DNA from: Ilumatobacteraceae bacterium
Lineage (GTDB): Bacteria > Actinomycetota > Acidimicrobiia > Acidimicrobiales > Ilumatobacteraceae
Direction of reading: 5' to 3'
Assembly: GCA_044354675.1 (NCBI GenBank)
Contig: JBIKZO010000001.1
Coordinates: forward strand, 320-64,319
DNA: 64,000 bases
In this document: piece after piece, positions 1 through 13,983 of the stretch
How positions within the stretch are numbered: the first letter of the stretch is position 1
How the letters are laid out: each line of letters starts with the position of its first letter
The notes under the pieces: model-generated
What the model saw: the letters and a program-made list of their open reading frames with translations, nothing else
The model's database searches: none
What the model was told of the DNA's origin: nothing
Made by a program: the position numbers and the translations under genes

Positions 1-397
1 TGCCCAACGACGCAGCGATACCCGATGCGCGTGCCAACAGAAAGTCTCCGGCAACAATTGCTTGTAGGTTGCCCCACTTGGCATTAACGGTGTCAACACC
101 TCTGCGCATTGTCGACTCGTCCATCACATCGTCGTGATACAGCGACCCAAGGTGTACAAGCTCGCACGCAATCGCACCTTGAATTACTTCATCCGACACT
201 TTGGCTGTGCCACCTACCTGCGCCGCCGCCATTGTCATCACCGGTCGCAGCCGTTTTCCGCCAGCAACGATGAGATGTGACGCAAGTTCGGTCAAATATG
301 CATCTCGGGTGCGTACCGCGGCAAGCAAAGCGGCCTCTACGCGTTCGCGATCGCCATCCATGGACTGCAGGGCGAGAAGGGGTGAGGCAAGTGCCAT
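1..397 (-). CDS. polyprenyl diphosphate synthase, N-terminal part (3' end lies beyond window start)
   Basis: Own minus-strand translation from ATG at 397 (alternative ATG at 361): GKRLRPVMTMAAAQ...LVHLGSLYHDDVMDESTMRRGVDTVNAKWGNLQAIVAGDFLLARAS. Contains the first DDxxD motif of trans-isoprenyl diphosphate synthases. Absent from the ORF track because it runs off the edge. Confidence 0.8.
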   Translation of the reverse strand, partial: MALASPLLALQSMDGDRERVEAALLAAVRTRDAYLTELASHLIVAGGKRLRPVMTMAAAQVGGTAKVSDEVIQGAIACELVHLGSLYHDDVMDESTMRRGVDTVNAKWGNLQAIVAGDFLLARASGIAASLG

Positions 398-535
398 TCC
401 ACAAGGCTACGCAGGGTCGCTTGTGAAATGGCGAACGTGGCGCCCACTGTCACAGCATGACTGGAGCACACTTCGCAGATACACTTCACCACAAGTTCAC
501 AAGTTTCATCTAGACGTGAAAAGGCGGTCTATTCA

Positions 536-3066
<2,531 letters not shown>

Positions 3067-3070
<4 letters not shown>

Positions 3071-3879
3071 ACCCTTTGGTGTTTAAAACATCTGCTCGCC
3101 CTAAATTCGTGCGCGCACTTGTTGCTGTTGCAACATGCGTGTTATTGACGAGCTGCCGTGTTGACTCAGTCGTCACACTCGACGTAGAACCAAATGGCAG
3201 CGGCACGCTTGCAATTGTCACCACGGCCGATGCAGAAGTTGTTGCCAAATACCCGAACCTTGCATCTGAGCTGAGCTTTGAAGATGCCAAGGCTGCAGGT
3301 TGGTCGGTCTCTGACGTTGCAACAACACCCGAGGGTGCGATGCAGGTGCGAGTCGCACACAATTTTGCAAATCCAGAAGAAGCCACCGCACTGCTCGCAC
3401 AATTGAGTAGTGAATTTGGGCCATTTAAAGGTCTTGCGCTCACCCGCTCCGGCAAAGACACTGACTCAACGTGGAATCTTGCTGGTCAATTGCAAGTCAA
3501 CGATGGATTAAATGCTTTTGCTGATCCGCAACTGCTCACCACTATTGGTGCAACACCATTTCAGGCGACACTTGCAAACTCTGGCCTCGACATCGGCCAA
3601 GCAGTTGGTGTCACTTTCAATCTGAAGTTGCCGGGCAAAGTTGAAGCAACAACGGGCATCTCGAAGTTTGGAACATTGCAATGGAACGTCGCATTTGACG
3701 GCAGCACGCAAGATCTTGCAACCACCACGCAAAATACAGCCGTCGCCGCCACGATCGCGCGCATCTTCTCGCCTCTCTTGCGCTGGATGCTGATCTTGTG
3801 GATCGGCGGCATGGCATGTTTTTCGGCATTCGTCGCTTTCTGGCGCTACAGGCGACACAGGCGCACACCCACTCTGTAG
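3067..3879 (+). CDS. LppM-like (DUF3153-type) lipoprotein with C-terminal membrane anchor
   Basis: 270 aa. Basic N-region followed by lipobox LLTSC. C-terminal hydrophobic helix (MLILWIGGMACFSAFVAFW) followed by RYRRHRR. Family name is from memory only. Confidence 0.5.
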
Positions 3880-3888
3880 CGTTGGCGC

Positions 3889-5271
3889 ATGGCTCGACTG
3901 CGCACGGTGTACAACTGCGGTGATTGCGGCGCCACTCATTACAAGTGGGCTGGCAAATGCGACTCGTGCGGCGCATGGAACACACTCGTTGAAGATGTCG
4001 AAGACCCAAACTCGCACACCACGCTTGCCGCAGGCATGGCGCTCATCCCGCCAGGCGAAGCACAACCGATCGGCAAGCTCGATGCATCAGTTGGTCAACC
4101 GTTGTCTACTGGCATCTCCGAACTCGATCGCGTACTTGACGGCGGATTAGTACCTGGCTCTGTCACATTGCTTGGTGGCGAACCAGGCATCGGCAAGTCA
4201 ACATTATTGTTACAACTCCTTGCATCGTGGCCCACTCGCTCGCTCTATGTAACGGCTGAAGAAAGTGCGCAACAAGTGCGCCTGCGTGCCGAACGCTTGC
4301 ATGCTGTGCGCGACAATTTATGGCTCGTCTCAGAACCATCACTCACCAACATTGTTGCTGCACTCGACAAAGTAAAACCAGAGTTGCTTGTGATCGACAG
4401 CATCCAGGCCGTTGCCGACCCAGCGCTTGGTTCTGCACCAGGTTCAGTTGTGCAAGTGCGTGGCTGTGCGCACCGCCTTGTGCAAGAAGCAAAACGCCGC
4501 AACATTCCAACAATCTTGGTTGGCCATGTCACCAAAGATGGTGGGCTTGCCGGGCCGCGTGTGCTCGAACATGTTGTCGACACTGTGCTTTCTTTTGAAG
4601 GCGAACGACACCACGCACTGCGCATCTTGCGCGCAGTCAAACATCGTTTTGGTTCTACTAACGAACTCGGACTATTTGAGATGACCGAACTCGGTCTTGT
4701 TGGTGTGCCCGATGCAAGCCAAATGTTTTTAGCCGATCGTCGCCCTGGCACACCGGGCTCGGTTGTTGTGCCAACACTTGAAGGTCAGCGCCCACTGCTT
4801 GTGGAAGTGCAAGCACTGACTAATTCAATGAGCGGCAATGTACCGCCACGGCGCAGCGCGCAGGGCCTCGACCCAGGCCGGCTTGCCATGCTGCTTGCGG
4901 TGCTCGAACGCCGAGCAGGCATCAGTCTTTCGCAACACGAAGTGTTTGCTTCGGTCGTTGGTGGTGTGCGTCTGAGCGAACCTGGCAGTGACTTGGGTCT
5001 GTGCATTGCGCTTGTCTCGGCAGTCACTAATAAGCCTGCGCCAAGTGACTTGGTTGTGTGCGGAGAAATTGGCCTTGGTGGCGAAATCCGCCACGTTGGT
5101 CACATGTCGCGTCGTCTCACCGAGGCGGCGCGTCTTGGTTTTACGAGAGCCATCGTGCCCACTCACAGCCAATCTGGTGCCGCCAACAAGGCTCCTGCTG
5201 GGCTTACTGTGCAAACAGCATCGACGCTGTCCGAAGCACTCGATCTCGCCCAACTCAGTATTAAAAAATAA
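3889..5271 (+). CDS. radA: DNA repair protein RadA
   Basis: 460 aa. N-terminal zinc finger CGDCG..CDSCGAWNT, Walker A GGEPGIGKST, KHRFG motif, and a Lon-like C-terminal domain. Confidence 0.95.
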   Translation: MARLRTVYNCGDCGATHYKWAGKCDSCGAWNTLVEDVEDPNSHTTLAAGMALIPPGEAQPIGKLDASVGQPLSTGISELDRVLDGGLVPGSVTLLGGEPGIGKSTLLLQLLASWPTRSLYVTAEESAQQVRLRAERLHAVRDNLWLVSEPSLTNIVAALDKVKPELLVIDSIQAVADPALGSAPGSVVQVRGCAHRLVQEAKRRNIPTILVGHVTKDGGLAGPRVLEHVVDTVLSFEGERHHALRILRAVKHRFGSTNELGLFEMTELGLVGVPDASQMFLADRRPGTPGSVVVPTLEGQRPLLVEVQALTNSMSGNVPPRRSAQGLDPGRLAMLLAVLERRAGISLSQHEVFASVVGGVRLSEPGSDLGLCIALVSAVTNKPAPSDLVVCGEIGLGGEIRHVGHMSRRLTEAARLGFTRAIVPTHSQSGAANKAPAGLTVQTASTLSEALDLAQLSIKK

Positions 5272-5290
5272 TTGCACTATTGTCAGCACG

Positions 5291-5809
5291 ATGTCAATCG
5301 AGCCTGACAACAAAGACTGGACGTGGGTACTTGATCGTCCGTGCCCAGAATGTGCTTATGACGCTTCACGCGTTGTGCCTCGCGACATTGGCTTGACCAT
5401 TCGCGAGATTGCTTCGCAGTGGGACGCCGTGCTTGTGCATCCGCAGTGCGTAATCCGTCCCCGACCCAACATCTGGTCGGCCCTTGAATACGGCTGCCAT
5501 GTTCGTGACGTATTTCGGCTTTTCGACAAACGCCTCGTGATGATGCTCACTCTCGACACACCCACTTTTGCCAATTGGGATCAAGATAAGACAGCCGTCG
5601 ATGACCGCTATGACTTGCAAGACCCGGTGGTCGTGCGCCGCGAGATTGTGTTTGCTGGCGACCAGCTGGCCGACCGCTTTGATTCGGTTGCAGACGCCGA
5701 ATGGGGCCGTAAAGGCCTACGAAGCGACGGAGCTGCCTTCACCATCGACACCTTTGGCCGATATTTATTGCACGATCCGATACATCATTTATGGGATGTA
5801 GCGCACTAA
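5291..5809 (+). CDS. DinB-family (mycothiol-dependent/maleylpyruvate-isomerase-like) protein
   Basis: ATG at 5291 (MSIEPDNKDWTWVL...) chosen because the longer ORF 4988-5809 overlaps radA. Has a CPEC motif, conserved His residues and a C-terminal HDPIHHLWDV typical of DinB_2-type proteins. Confidence 0.6.
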   Translation: MSIEPDNKDWTWVLDRPCPECAYDASRVVPRDIGLTIREIASQWDAVLVHPQCVIRPRPNIWSALEYGCHVRDVFRLFDKRLVMMLTLDTPTFANWDQDKTAVDDRYDLQDPVVVRREIVFAGDQLADRFDSVADAEWGRKGLRSDGAAFTIDTFGRYLLHDPIHHLWDVAH

Positions 5810-5837
5810 TCGACTACCTCGCGTACACATCGCGGGT

Positions 5838-6467
5838 ATGCCTACACCTACAAAGCAATTCGACAATATGACAACAGTAAAACCTTCCCCCACACTCAAA
5901 GGCGAAGATGGCCTCAAGCGCTGTTTTTGGTGTGCGTCCGATCCGATCTATGTCGACTACCACGACAACGAATGGGGCCGCCCCGTTACTGATGACAACA
6001 AGCTGTATGAAAAGTTGTGCCTCGAGGGTTTCCAGGCTGGCTTGTCGTGGCTCACGATATTGCGTAAGCGCGAGGCATTTCGAGAAGCGTTCAAGCAATT
6101 TGATCCAGTTAAAGTTGCGCGATTCAACGACAGAAACATTGAACGCCTCATGAACAATGAAGGCATCGTGCGCAACCGAGCAAAAATTGAGGCAACGATT
6201 GGCAATGCCAAAGCAACACTTAAAGTGCAACAAGAAGTGGGCTCGCTCTCCAAATTGATTTGGTCGTTCGCTCCCATCAAGCCAGGAAAAGCCCCTAAAA
6301 CATTTGGGGACTTGCCTGCTTCAACACCAGAATCACATGCATTGTCAAAAGAGTTGCTCAAGCGTGGCTTCAAGTTTGTTGGCCCGACGACGATGTACGC
6401 AGCAATGCAGTCGCTTGGCTTGGTTAATGACCACTTAGCAAACTGCCATGCCCGCAACACTGTCTGA
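5838..6467 (+). CDS. tag: DNA-3-methyladenine glycosylase I
   Basis: Motifs CFWCASDPIYVDYHDNEWGRP and LEGFQAGLSWLTILRKR are typical of Tag. The true start may be the internal Met (MTTVKPS). Confidence 0.85.
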   Translation: MPTPTKQFDNMTTVKPSPTLKGEDGLKRCFWCASDPIYVDYHDNEWGRPVTDDNKLYEKLCLEGFQAGLSWLTILRKREAFREAFKQFDPVKVARFNDRNIERLMNNEGIVRNRAKIEATIGNAKATLKVQQEVGSLSKLIWSFAPIKPGKAPKTFGDLPASTPESHALSKELLKRGFKFVGPTTMYAAMQSLGLVNDHLANCHARNTV

Positions 6468-6487
6468 CATACAAAAGTCAGTGAGGG

Positions 6488-6919
6488 TTAAAGAGTAAAG
6501 CGATACACGTTGGTGTCGCGCTGTACAAAACCTAAGCGCTGATACAGACGGTTGGCTGCTTCTCGAGATGGACGAGAAGTTAAGTCAACCGTCGTTGCAC
6601 CACGCTTTCGTGACTCATCAATTGCAAACGTGTTCAATGCTTCGCCAACACCTGCTCCACGAGCAGAACCGTCCACCACTACATCTTCTATCCAGGCGCG
6701 CAATCCAGTCGGAATCTGAAATAGCGCGAGCGTAAGCGAGCCAACTATTCGACCGTCAAGTTTGGCAAGCAGCAAAAAAGTTGAGTCACTGGAGACGATC
6801 TTTTCCAATTGCTCTTGAGTCGGAGGTGGGTTCGAAGACGACAATTGAGGAATGAGCGTGTTAAATGCCTCAACAACTTCGTCATCTACAACTTTGGCTA
6901 TCTCTACCGTCAACGTCAT
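6488..6919 (-). CDS. GNAT family N-acetyltransferase
   Basis: 143 aa. Acetyl-CoA binding motif VVDGSARGAGVGEAL (Q/RxxGxG/A type) and a C-terminal YQRLGF. Confidence 0.75.
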   Translation of the reverse strand: MTLTVEIAKVVDDEVVEAFNTLIPQLSSSNPPPTQEQLEKIVSSDSTFLLLAKLDGRIVGSLTLALFQIPTGLRAWIEDVVVDGSARGAGVGEALNTFAIDESRKRGATTVDLTSRPSREAANRLYQRLGFVQRDTNVYRFTL

Positions 6920-7011
6920 GCCCTCTACCTTGCCATATGGCGTCGCTTTGGCTCGTGTACTGCCCGTAGACCGTTGTCTGCACTAAATCCGCAAAACCGT
7001 AGAATGAACGG

Positions 7012-7809
7012 GTGAGATCTCTCATTGGCGACAGAAACGTTTTTGCCACCAAGCGACGGGTAGCCGGCGTGGTTGGTGAAGTTTTTCGTCTCGTGCCTCA
7101 CCCACAGGCTCACGGACACCGCACATTGATGTACCACTCGGTGGGGCTCGAGGAAAATAGCACCACTGTGGACGGCGACACGCTGAGCATCTACTCGATG
7201 ACTCTCGCTCAGTTCACCGCTCAAACAGATGCCATTCAGGCAGTATGTGCATCAACAGGTATTTCGATGGATGTGTTTGGATCTACAAAGAACGACTCAT
7301 TGTCGATCACCTTTGACGACGGTTACACCGATGCTCTTACGGTGATTGCTCCCCTTTTGTGTGCGCGAAAGATCCCATTTCATGTTTTTGTGTCATCTGC
7401 GCGTATGAATGGAACAGACCGCAAATACCTCTCGCCCTCACAAGTGGTCGAGTTGTCAAACATGCCTGGCGTAACCATTGGTGCACACGGTGCAACGCAT
7501 CGGTCGCTCACTTCGCTTTCTTCTTCCGAATTGGCTGCCGAGTTACAAGCGAGCAAAGTCGACTTAGAGGCAGTATTGCAAAAGCCAGTCACCACAATGT
7601 CGTATCCATACGGTCACGTTGATGAGTCGGTGCGCAAAGCCGCGCACAATGCAGGGTTTATTTTTGCTGCCACGAGCAAGTGGGGTTTCAACGAAGTAGC
7701 AAGTGACCCACTATTGCAGCGACGCATTGATATGTGGTCTGGCGACTCCAAGCGCACAGTAGAAAACAAAATTCTTGGTAACTGGAATTGGTTTGGGCTG
7801 CTTACATGA
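7012..7809 (+). CDS. polysaccharide deacetylase (NodB-type)
   Basis: Motifs LMYHSV, ITFDDGY and GAHGATH typical of carbohydrate esterase 4. ATGA overlap with the next gene. Confidence 0.7.
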   Translation: MRSLIGDRNVFATKRRVAGVVGEVFRLVPHPQAHGHRTLMYHSVGLEENSTTVDGDTLSIYSMTLAQFTAQTDAIQAVCASTGISMDVFGSTKNDSLSITFDDGYTDALTVIAPLLCARKIPFHVFVSSARMNGTDRKYLSPSQVVELSNMPGVTIGAHGATHRSLTSLSSSELAAELQASKVDLEAVLQKPVTTMSYPYGHVDESVRKAAHNAGFIFAATSKWGFNEVASDPLLQRRIDMWSGDSKRTVENKILGNWNWFGLLT

Positions 7810-8603
7810 CAAGTGTTTCGGTCATCATTCCTGCATATAACTCTGCAAGCACAATCATCCGCGCACTACAAAGCGTGGCTGCACAGACTCTTGTGCCACT
7901 GGAAATAATCGTTGTAGATGATGCAAGTTCCGACACGACTCGTGACCTCGTAGGGACCTTCGCGTCATCATCACCAATCCCCGTTCGGGTGCTCACGCAA
8001 ACCACAAACAGTGGTCCAAGCGCTGCTCGCAATGCCGGTTGGGATAAGGCAACTGGCGATTACATCGCATTTTTAGATGCCGATGATCAGTGGCACCCGC
8101 GCAAAATTGAGTTGCAATACCCAGTGATGAACAATCAACCAGAAATCACAATGAGTTGTCACGGTCACCACTTTTCGTCCAGCACAACATGGGCGCAAAT
8201 CACAGCGGCAGATGCGAGTGCAACTCCAATCTCGTTTCACAAATTCCTCATCCGCAACCGCTGTGCAACACCGACTGTGATGCTCAAGCGATCGATCACA
8301 GAACGATTTGATTCTCGAAAGCGTTTTGCCGAGGACTATTTATTATGGATGCAGATCACTGCAGCCCATGGCCCCGCCTTGCGGCTCGAGGCACAACTCG
8401 CGCATTGTTCAAACCCTGGCTACGGAGGGTCTGGGCAGAGCGGACAATTGCTCAAAATGGAGCTCTCGGAAATTAGCGGATTTGTGACTCTGCGAAAGTC
8501 AAAAGCGATCGGCTTCGGAACCCTCGGGTTAGTCGTAATTTGGTCGTGGATCAAGTTTGGAATTCGGCTTTTCGATTCCAAAGTTATGAAGATTCGCAGA
8601 TAG
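7806..8603 (+). CDS. glycosyltransferase family 2
   Basis: ATG at 7806 (MTSVSVIIPAYNS). Motifs VVDDASSD and FLDADD (DxD). Start overlaps the stop of the deacetylase gene (ATGA). Confidence 0.8.
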   Translation: MTSVSVIIPAYNSASTIIRALQSVAAQTLVPLEIIVVDDASSDTTRDLVGTFASSSPIPVRVLTQTTNSGPSAARNAGWDKATGDYIAFLDADDQWHPRKIELQYPVMNNQPEITMSCHGHHFSSSTTWAQITAADASATPISFHKFLIRNRCATPTVMLKRSITERFDSRKRFAEDYLLWMQITAAHGPALRLEAQLAHCSNPGYGGSGQSGQLLKMELSEISGFVTLRKSKAIGFGTLGLVVIWSWIKFGIRLFDSKVMKIRR

Positions 8604-8616
8604 CGTTTCGCTCAAG

Positions 8617-9534
8617 ATGTCGACGATGGATCACGTTCGCTGGTTGTCCAAGCCGTCACTCAAGCGACCCGTCATCGTCACCGCATTCACGGGTTGGAAT
8701 GATGCCGCAGACGCTGCCTCAAACGCAGTGCGCAATCTCATTGAAGGTTGGAAAGCACAACCACTCGCCGAGATTGACCCAGAGGAGTACACAGACTTCG
8801 CAACGATTCGTCCGCATGTGCGCCTCAAAGAAGGTGGCGCTCGCAATATCGTGTGGCCAACTGTCGGCATGTGGCACATGGCCGGCGCGGGTGGTGACGT
8901 GATCTTGGTGTTGGGTCCAGAGCCAAGTATGAAGTGGCGTTCGTTTTCTGAGCAGATTCTTGGTGTGGCTGATCACTTTGGCGCATCAATGATGCTCACG
9001 CTTGGTGCTCTACTTGCTGACGTACCCCACAGTCGCCCAGTGCAGATCATTGGCACTGCCAACGACAACGACCTGATTGAAAGATTTGACTTACAGCGCT
9101 CACGCTATGAAGGACCAACGGGTATCATCGGCGTGCTTCACGACGTGTGCAACACACTTGCGCTTCCGTCGGCAGCATTGTGGGCAGCCGTCCCTGCATA
9201 CGCCTCCCAAGTTCCATCACCAAAAGCTTCGTTGTCGTTAATGCGTCGTTCGTGCGAGATCATCGGCACGCCAGCACCAGTTGCGTCGATCATGAACTTG
9301 ATCGAAAACTATGAAGAGCAGATCAACTCACTTGTGAGTGATGACGAGGACTTGGCTGCGTACGTTGAGCGCCTCGAGACCATGACCGACAATGGCATGA
9401 GCCTTGATGACGAAGTTGACGATGGTCAATTGCAGTTTGATTTTGCGCACGACACCGGTGACGACGCAGCAGATGCTGCAACTCTGATGGATGAAGTTGA
9501 GCAATTCCTTCGCGATCAGGGCGAAGGCAAGTAA
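8617..9534 (+). CDS. PAC2 (proteasome assembly chaperone 2) family protein
   Basis: 305 aa. N-terminal LKRPVIVTAFTGWNDAADAAS and an acidic C-terminal tail, as in actinobacterial PAC2/PafD-like proteins. Assigned from memory. Confidence 0.65.
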   Translation: MSTMDHVRWLSKPSLKRPVIVTAFTGWNDAADAASNAVRNLIEGWKAQPLAEIDPEEYTDFATIRPHVRLKEGGARNIVWPTVGMWHMAGAGGDVILVLGPEPSMKWRSFSEQILGVADHFGASMMLTLGALLADVPHSRPVQIIGTANDNDLIERFDLQRSRYEGPTGIIGVLHDVCNTLALPSAALWAAVPAYASQVPSPKASLSLMRRSCEIIGTPAPVASIMNLIENYEEQINSLVSDDEDLAAYVERLETMTDNGMSLDDEVDDGQLQFDFAHDTGDDAADAATLMDEVEQFLRDQGEGK

Positions 9535-9556
9535 ACCTCTCGCAACCGAAAGCTAA

Positions 9557-10231
9557 CTAGACGAGTTCGACGAGTTCTTCCACTGGCGTAACAATTCCTA
9601 CATAAAACGAACCGAAGTCGGCGTACTTTGCTGATGCTTCATCGAAGCGCATTGTGTACACCACGTCTTTTAAGTCGTCGGCGTGAACGCCAAACAACGT
9701 CACTCCCCACTCGAAATCGTCGAAGCCGGCAGATGCAGTAACGAGCTGCAAGATGCGACCCGCAAATGTGCGGCCACTCTTGCCATGCTCCATCATCAAT
9801 TCACTGCGCTTCTCGAATGGCAAGGTAAACCAGTTGCATTCTGGGTCACGCTTTTTTGACATTGGGTAAAAGCACCATGCGTTCTTACCTGCCGGTGGAA
9901 GCTGCGGGTACAGACGCGCATTGCGCATCTCTTCAGGAACATTGGCTGCGTACTCACTCACTTCAGTGAGTGACACATAACTGTCACCTATGAACACACC
10001 TGCGTGTTGCAGTGCAGTCTGGAAAGAACGAAGCTCACGCATGTCGGACGAAACTGCCATAAATGCCATATCGCTTTTGTGGCCAAGCATTGAGACCGAA
10101 ACGACTTGCACTCCCTGGCTTTGAGCATTCTTCACTGCAGCAATAACCGCTTCGCCGTCAAAGTCTGCTGCTGGGTGGCCAAACAGATGGATAACGGCCA
10201 TACCGACCGATGGGGACATTGGTTCGCTCAT
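9557..10231 (-). CDS. hemQ: chlorite dismutase-family protein, likely coproheme decarboxylase (HemQ/ChdC)
   Basis: Start set at MSEPMS (10231) because the longer ORF overlaps the upstream gene stop at 10242. Motifs WCFYPMSKKR and FGVHADDLKDVVYTMRFDE are typical of the family. Confidence 0.7.
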   Translation of the reverse strand: MSEPMSPSVGMAVIHLFGHPAADFDGEAVIAAVKNAQSQGVQVVSVSMLGHKSDMAFMAVSSDMRELRSFQTALQHAGVFIGDSYVSLTEVSEYAANVPEEMRNARLYPQLPPAGKNAWCFYPMSKKRDPECNWFTLPFEKRSELMMEHGKSGRTFAGRILQLVTASAGFDDFEWGVTLFGVHADDLKDVVYTMRFDEASAKYADFGSFYVGIVTPVEELVELV

Positions 10232-10241
10232 AGAAGCAAGG

Positions 10242-11117
10242 TTACTTGCGCGCCACAGCGGCTGCGTTGGCGAGCACATTTGCCGCGCGCAAAGGAGCGT
10301 CAGTATCGAGATGCAAATAGAGCGAAGGTTCGGTTAATTCGATCTCCATGATTTCTGGCACACCACTGGTGTTCGTGACCATATCGATGCGTGCGTAAAG
10401 CGGCGAATCGGTGAACTTTTGTGAGAGATGTTCCAACACTTGATTGCCCAGCATTAATTCGGCTGGGCTCGCGGTGCGCGCAGATATTTCTTCGTCTATG
10501 AACGCGCCGTTGTGAACTTGCTCGGTACCGCGAAAAATGGGGCCCTTACGAAATGCGTGGCTGAAGCTGCCGCCCAGATACACAAGCGATGTCTCGCCGT
10601 TGACATCGATACTCGGTTGGTATGGCTGCAGCAGCACCGAGGTTCCTGACGCAAGAATCTTTTCAATGTGCTGACGAGCATCAACGGGTTGACTGCGGTG
10701 ACGCGCGGTGTTGTTAGAACCCGCGCTCACCGTTGGCTTAATGATGATGTCGTGTTGTAATTGCGCCTCGTCGATGTCGCTACTCGAGTTGATGAACGTC
10801 GTCGACATCACGGGAATGCCTGCAGCAATAAGTTGAGCCAGGTACTGCTTATCCAAATTCCAATGCACGATCTCGGCAGAGTTGTACAACCGTGTTACTT
10901 GCGCCGTGGTGTCAATCCACCGCGTGAACTCATCAAGTCGCTTGTAGTAATCCCATGTGCTGCGCAGCACCACGATGGAAAACGTCGACCAGTCAACTGA
11001 CGGGTCATCCCAATCAACAATTTGCCACGACTCGTTAATTGCATCGAGTGATGCAGTAAGAATTTCGAGGTCGTGATCAAGCCCGCGCGCCAACTGAGCG
11101 GTGGCGAGCGCAATCAT
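10242..11117 (-). CDS. ATP-grasp domain protein (RimK/glutathione-synthetase-like)
   Basis: Start set at MIALATAQ (11117) to avoid overlap with groEL. Has pre-ATP-grasp and ATP-grasp-like segments (IIIKPTVSAGSNNT, VLLQPY, EIMEIELTEPSL). Substrate unknown. Confidence 0.55.
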   Translation of the reverse strand: MIALATAQLARGLDHDLEILTASLDAINESWQIVDWDDPSVDWSTFSIVVLRSTWDYYKRLDEFTRWIDTTAQVTRLYNSAEIVHWNLDKQYLAQLIAAGIPVMSTTFINSSSDIDEAQLQHDIIIKPTVSAGSNNTARHRSQPVDARQHIEKILASGTSVLLQPYQPSIDVNGETSLVYLGGSFSHAFRKGPIFRGTEQVHNGAFIDEEISARTASPAELMLGNQVLEHLSQKFTDSPLYARIDMVTNTSGVPEIMEIELTEPSLYLHLDTDAPLRAANVLANAAAVARK

Positions 11118-11154
11118 GGACGAATTAATGTGTGCCGAGCTGTTGACGTGGGGA

Positions 11155-12834
<1,680 letters not shown>

Positions 12835-12869
12835 TCAAACGGGGAGGTCGCCCACAGGCAACCCGTGTT

Positions 12870-13310
12870 CTAACGAATCTTGTTGAGCACCACGTCCGTT
12901 CGGGTTTCAGTGGCGCCTTCACGCTGCAACCAGCGCAAGAACGCGTCCAGGCCAGCTGTGCCATCGCAAGCCACCGCCAGGGTCACGTCGGATTCGCCAG
13001 TCACATGAGCAGCCCACAACACGTCATCACGCTTCATCAGGGCGTCGTCGAACCCTTGGGTATGGGCCATTCGGGCATCGATCACGGCTTCAAGGGTGCG
13101 GCCCAGAGCTGCCTGATTGATATCGACCCTAAAACCCTTGATCACACCGGCTTTGGTAAGCCGACGAACCCTTTCGGCCACGGCATTGGGGGAGAGATGC
13201 ACCCTGTCGCCGAGCATCTGCCATGAGATTCTGCCGTCAGTTTGCAGAATACCGAGGATTTCTCTGTCAATCTTATCTATCGCCGTGATTTCCGTTGCCA
13301 TATGCCCCAT
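12870..13310 (-). CDS. Lrp/AsnC family transcriptional regulator
   Basis: 146 aa. N-terminal HTH (DREILGILQTDGRISWQMLGDRVHLSPNAVAERVRRL) plus a C-terminal RAM/AsnC_trans_reg domain. Confidence 0.85.
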   Translation of the reverse strand: MGHMATEITAIDKIDREILGILQTDGRISWQMLGDRVHLSPNAVAERVRRLTKAGVIKGFRVDINQAALGRTLEAVIDARMAHTQGFDDALMKRDDVLWAAHVTGESDVTLAVACDGTAGLDAFLRWLQREGATETRTDVVLNKIR

Positions 13311-13362
13311 TGTGCCACAAGATCAACGGTTTCGGTTGCTTATCACGCGCGATACTGAACCC

Positions 13363-13641
13363 ATGCAAAACGAAGCAACATGGACATGGGTGCTACTCGG
13401 ATTCGAGTTTGTCGGCATCACCGGAATGTGGCTCGTTGGCGCCCGCAAATGGTGGGGCTGGGGCATGGTGCTCACCGGCTCGGCTCCGTGGCTGGCCTAC
13501 GCGATCGTCTTCAACAAACCTGGCTTCATCGTGATGAGCATCTTCTGGATCACAACCCACAGTCGCAACATGGTTGTGTGGCGTAAACATGCATCGGTTT
13601 CAACTATCACCGATCGCACACCCGAACTTATTGCCGCCTAA
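13363..13641 (+). CDS. small Trp-rich three-helix membrane protein, function unknown
   Basis: ATG at 13363, since the longer ORF from 13117 overlaps lrp. 92 aa with three hydrophobic segments. Divergent from lrp. Confidence 0.4.
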   Translation: MQNEATWTWVLLGFEFVGITGMWLVGARKWWGWGMVLTGSAPWLAYAIVFNKPGFIVMSIFWITTHSRNMVVWRKHASVSTITDRTPELIAA

Positions 13642-13672
13642 GCAGCACTGCTGAAAATCTCAGCGAATTAGT

Positions 13673-13948
13673 TCAGCCGCCAGCGACGGCAGGAATAATC
13701 GAGACTGTTGAACCTGCAGGAACTTGTGTGTTCAAGCCGTCCATATAACGAACGTCGTCGTCTGCCACAAACACGTTGACAAACTTGTGCAAGTTGCCGG
13801 TTGCGTCAAACAAACGTTCTGAGAAACCTGGGTGAGCATCGTTCAAACCTTTGAGCACGTCGGCGAGTGTTTCGCCATCTACTTGCACGGTTGACACTCC
13901 GCCAGAAAGCGGACGCAGGGTGGTGGGGATTCGCACGGTAACGGTCAT
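13673..13948 (-). CDS. MoaD/ThiS-family ubiquitin-fold sulfur carrier protein
   Basis: 91 aa ending in AVAGG (C-terminal Gly-Gly). Typical length and beta-grasp pattern. Confidence 0.7.
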   Translation of the reverse strand: MTVTVRIPTTLRPLSGGVSTVQVDGETLADVLKGLNDAHPGFSERLFDATGNLHKFVNVFVADDDVRYMDGLNTQVPAGSTVSIIPAVAGG

Positions 13949-13983
13949 GTCTCAAACGCTATCTGTCACTTACCAGTTTTTGG

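Noticed and set aside
416-436. Possible ClgR operator upstream of clpC (tcgcttgtgaaatggcgaac)
   Set aside because: The CGC...GCG half-sites are spaced by about 10 nt, whereas I recall a spacing of about 5 nt for ClgR boxes. Support is too weak without a matrix scan.
4988-5290. Upstream 100 codons of ORF 4988-5809
   Set aside because: This part lies entirely inside the radA coding region in another frame. The DinB-like domain begins at the ATG at 5291, just after the radA stop.
6464-6490. Short hairpin (ctgac-atacaaaa-gtcag) between the convergent tag and GNAT genes, as a bidirectional terminator
   Set aside because: The stem is only 5 bp and there is no U-tract. This is not enough to call a terminator.
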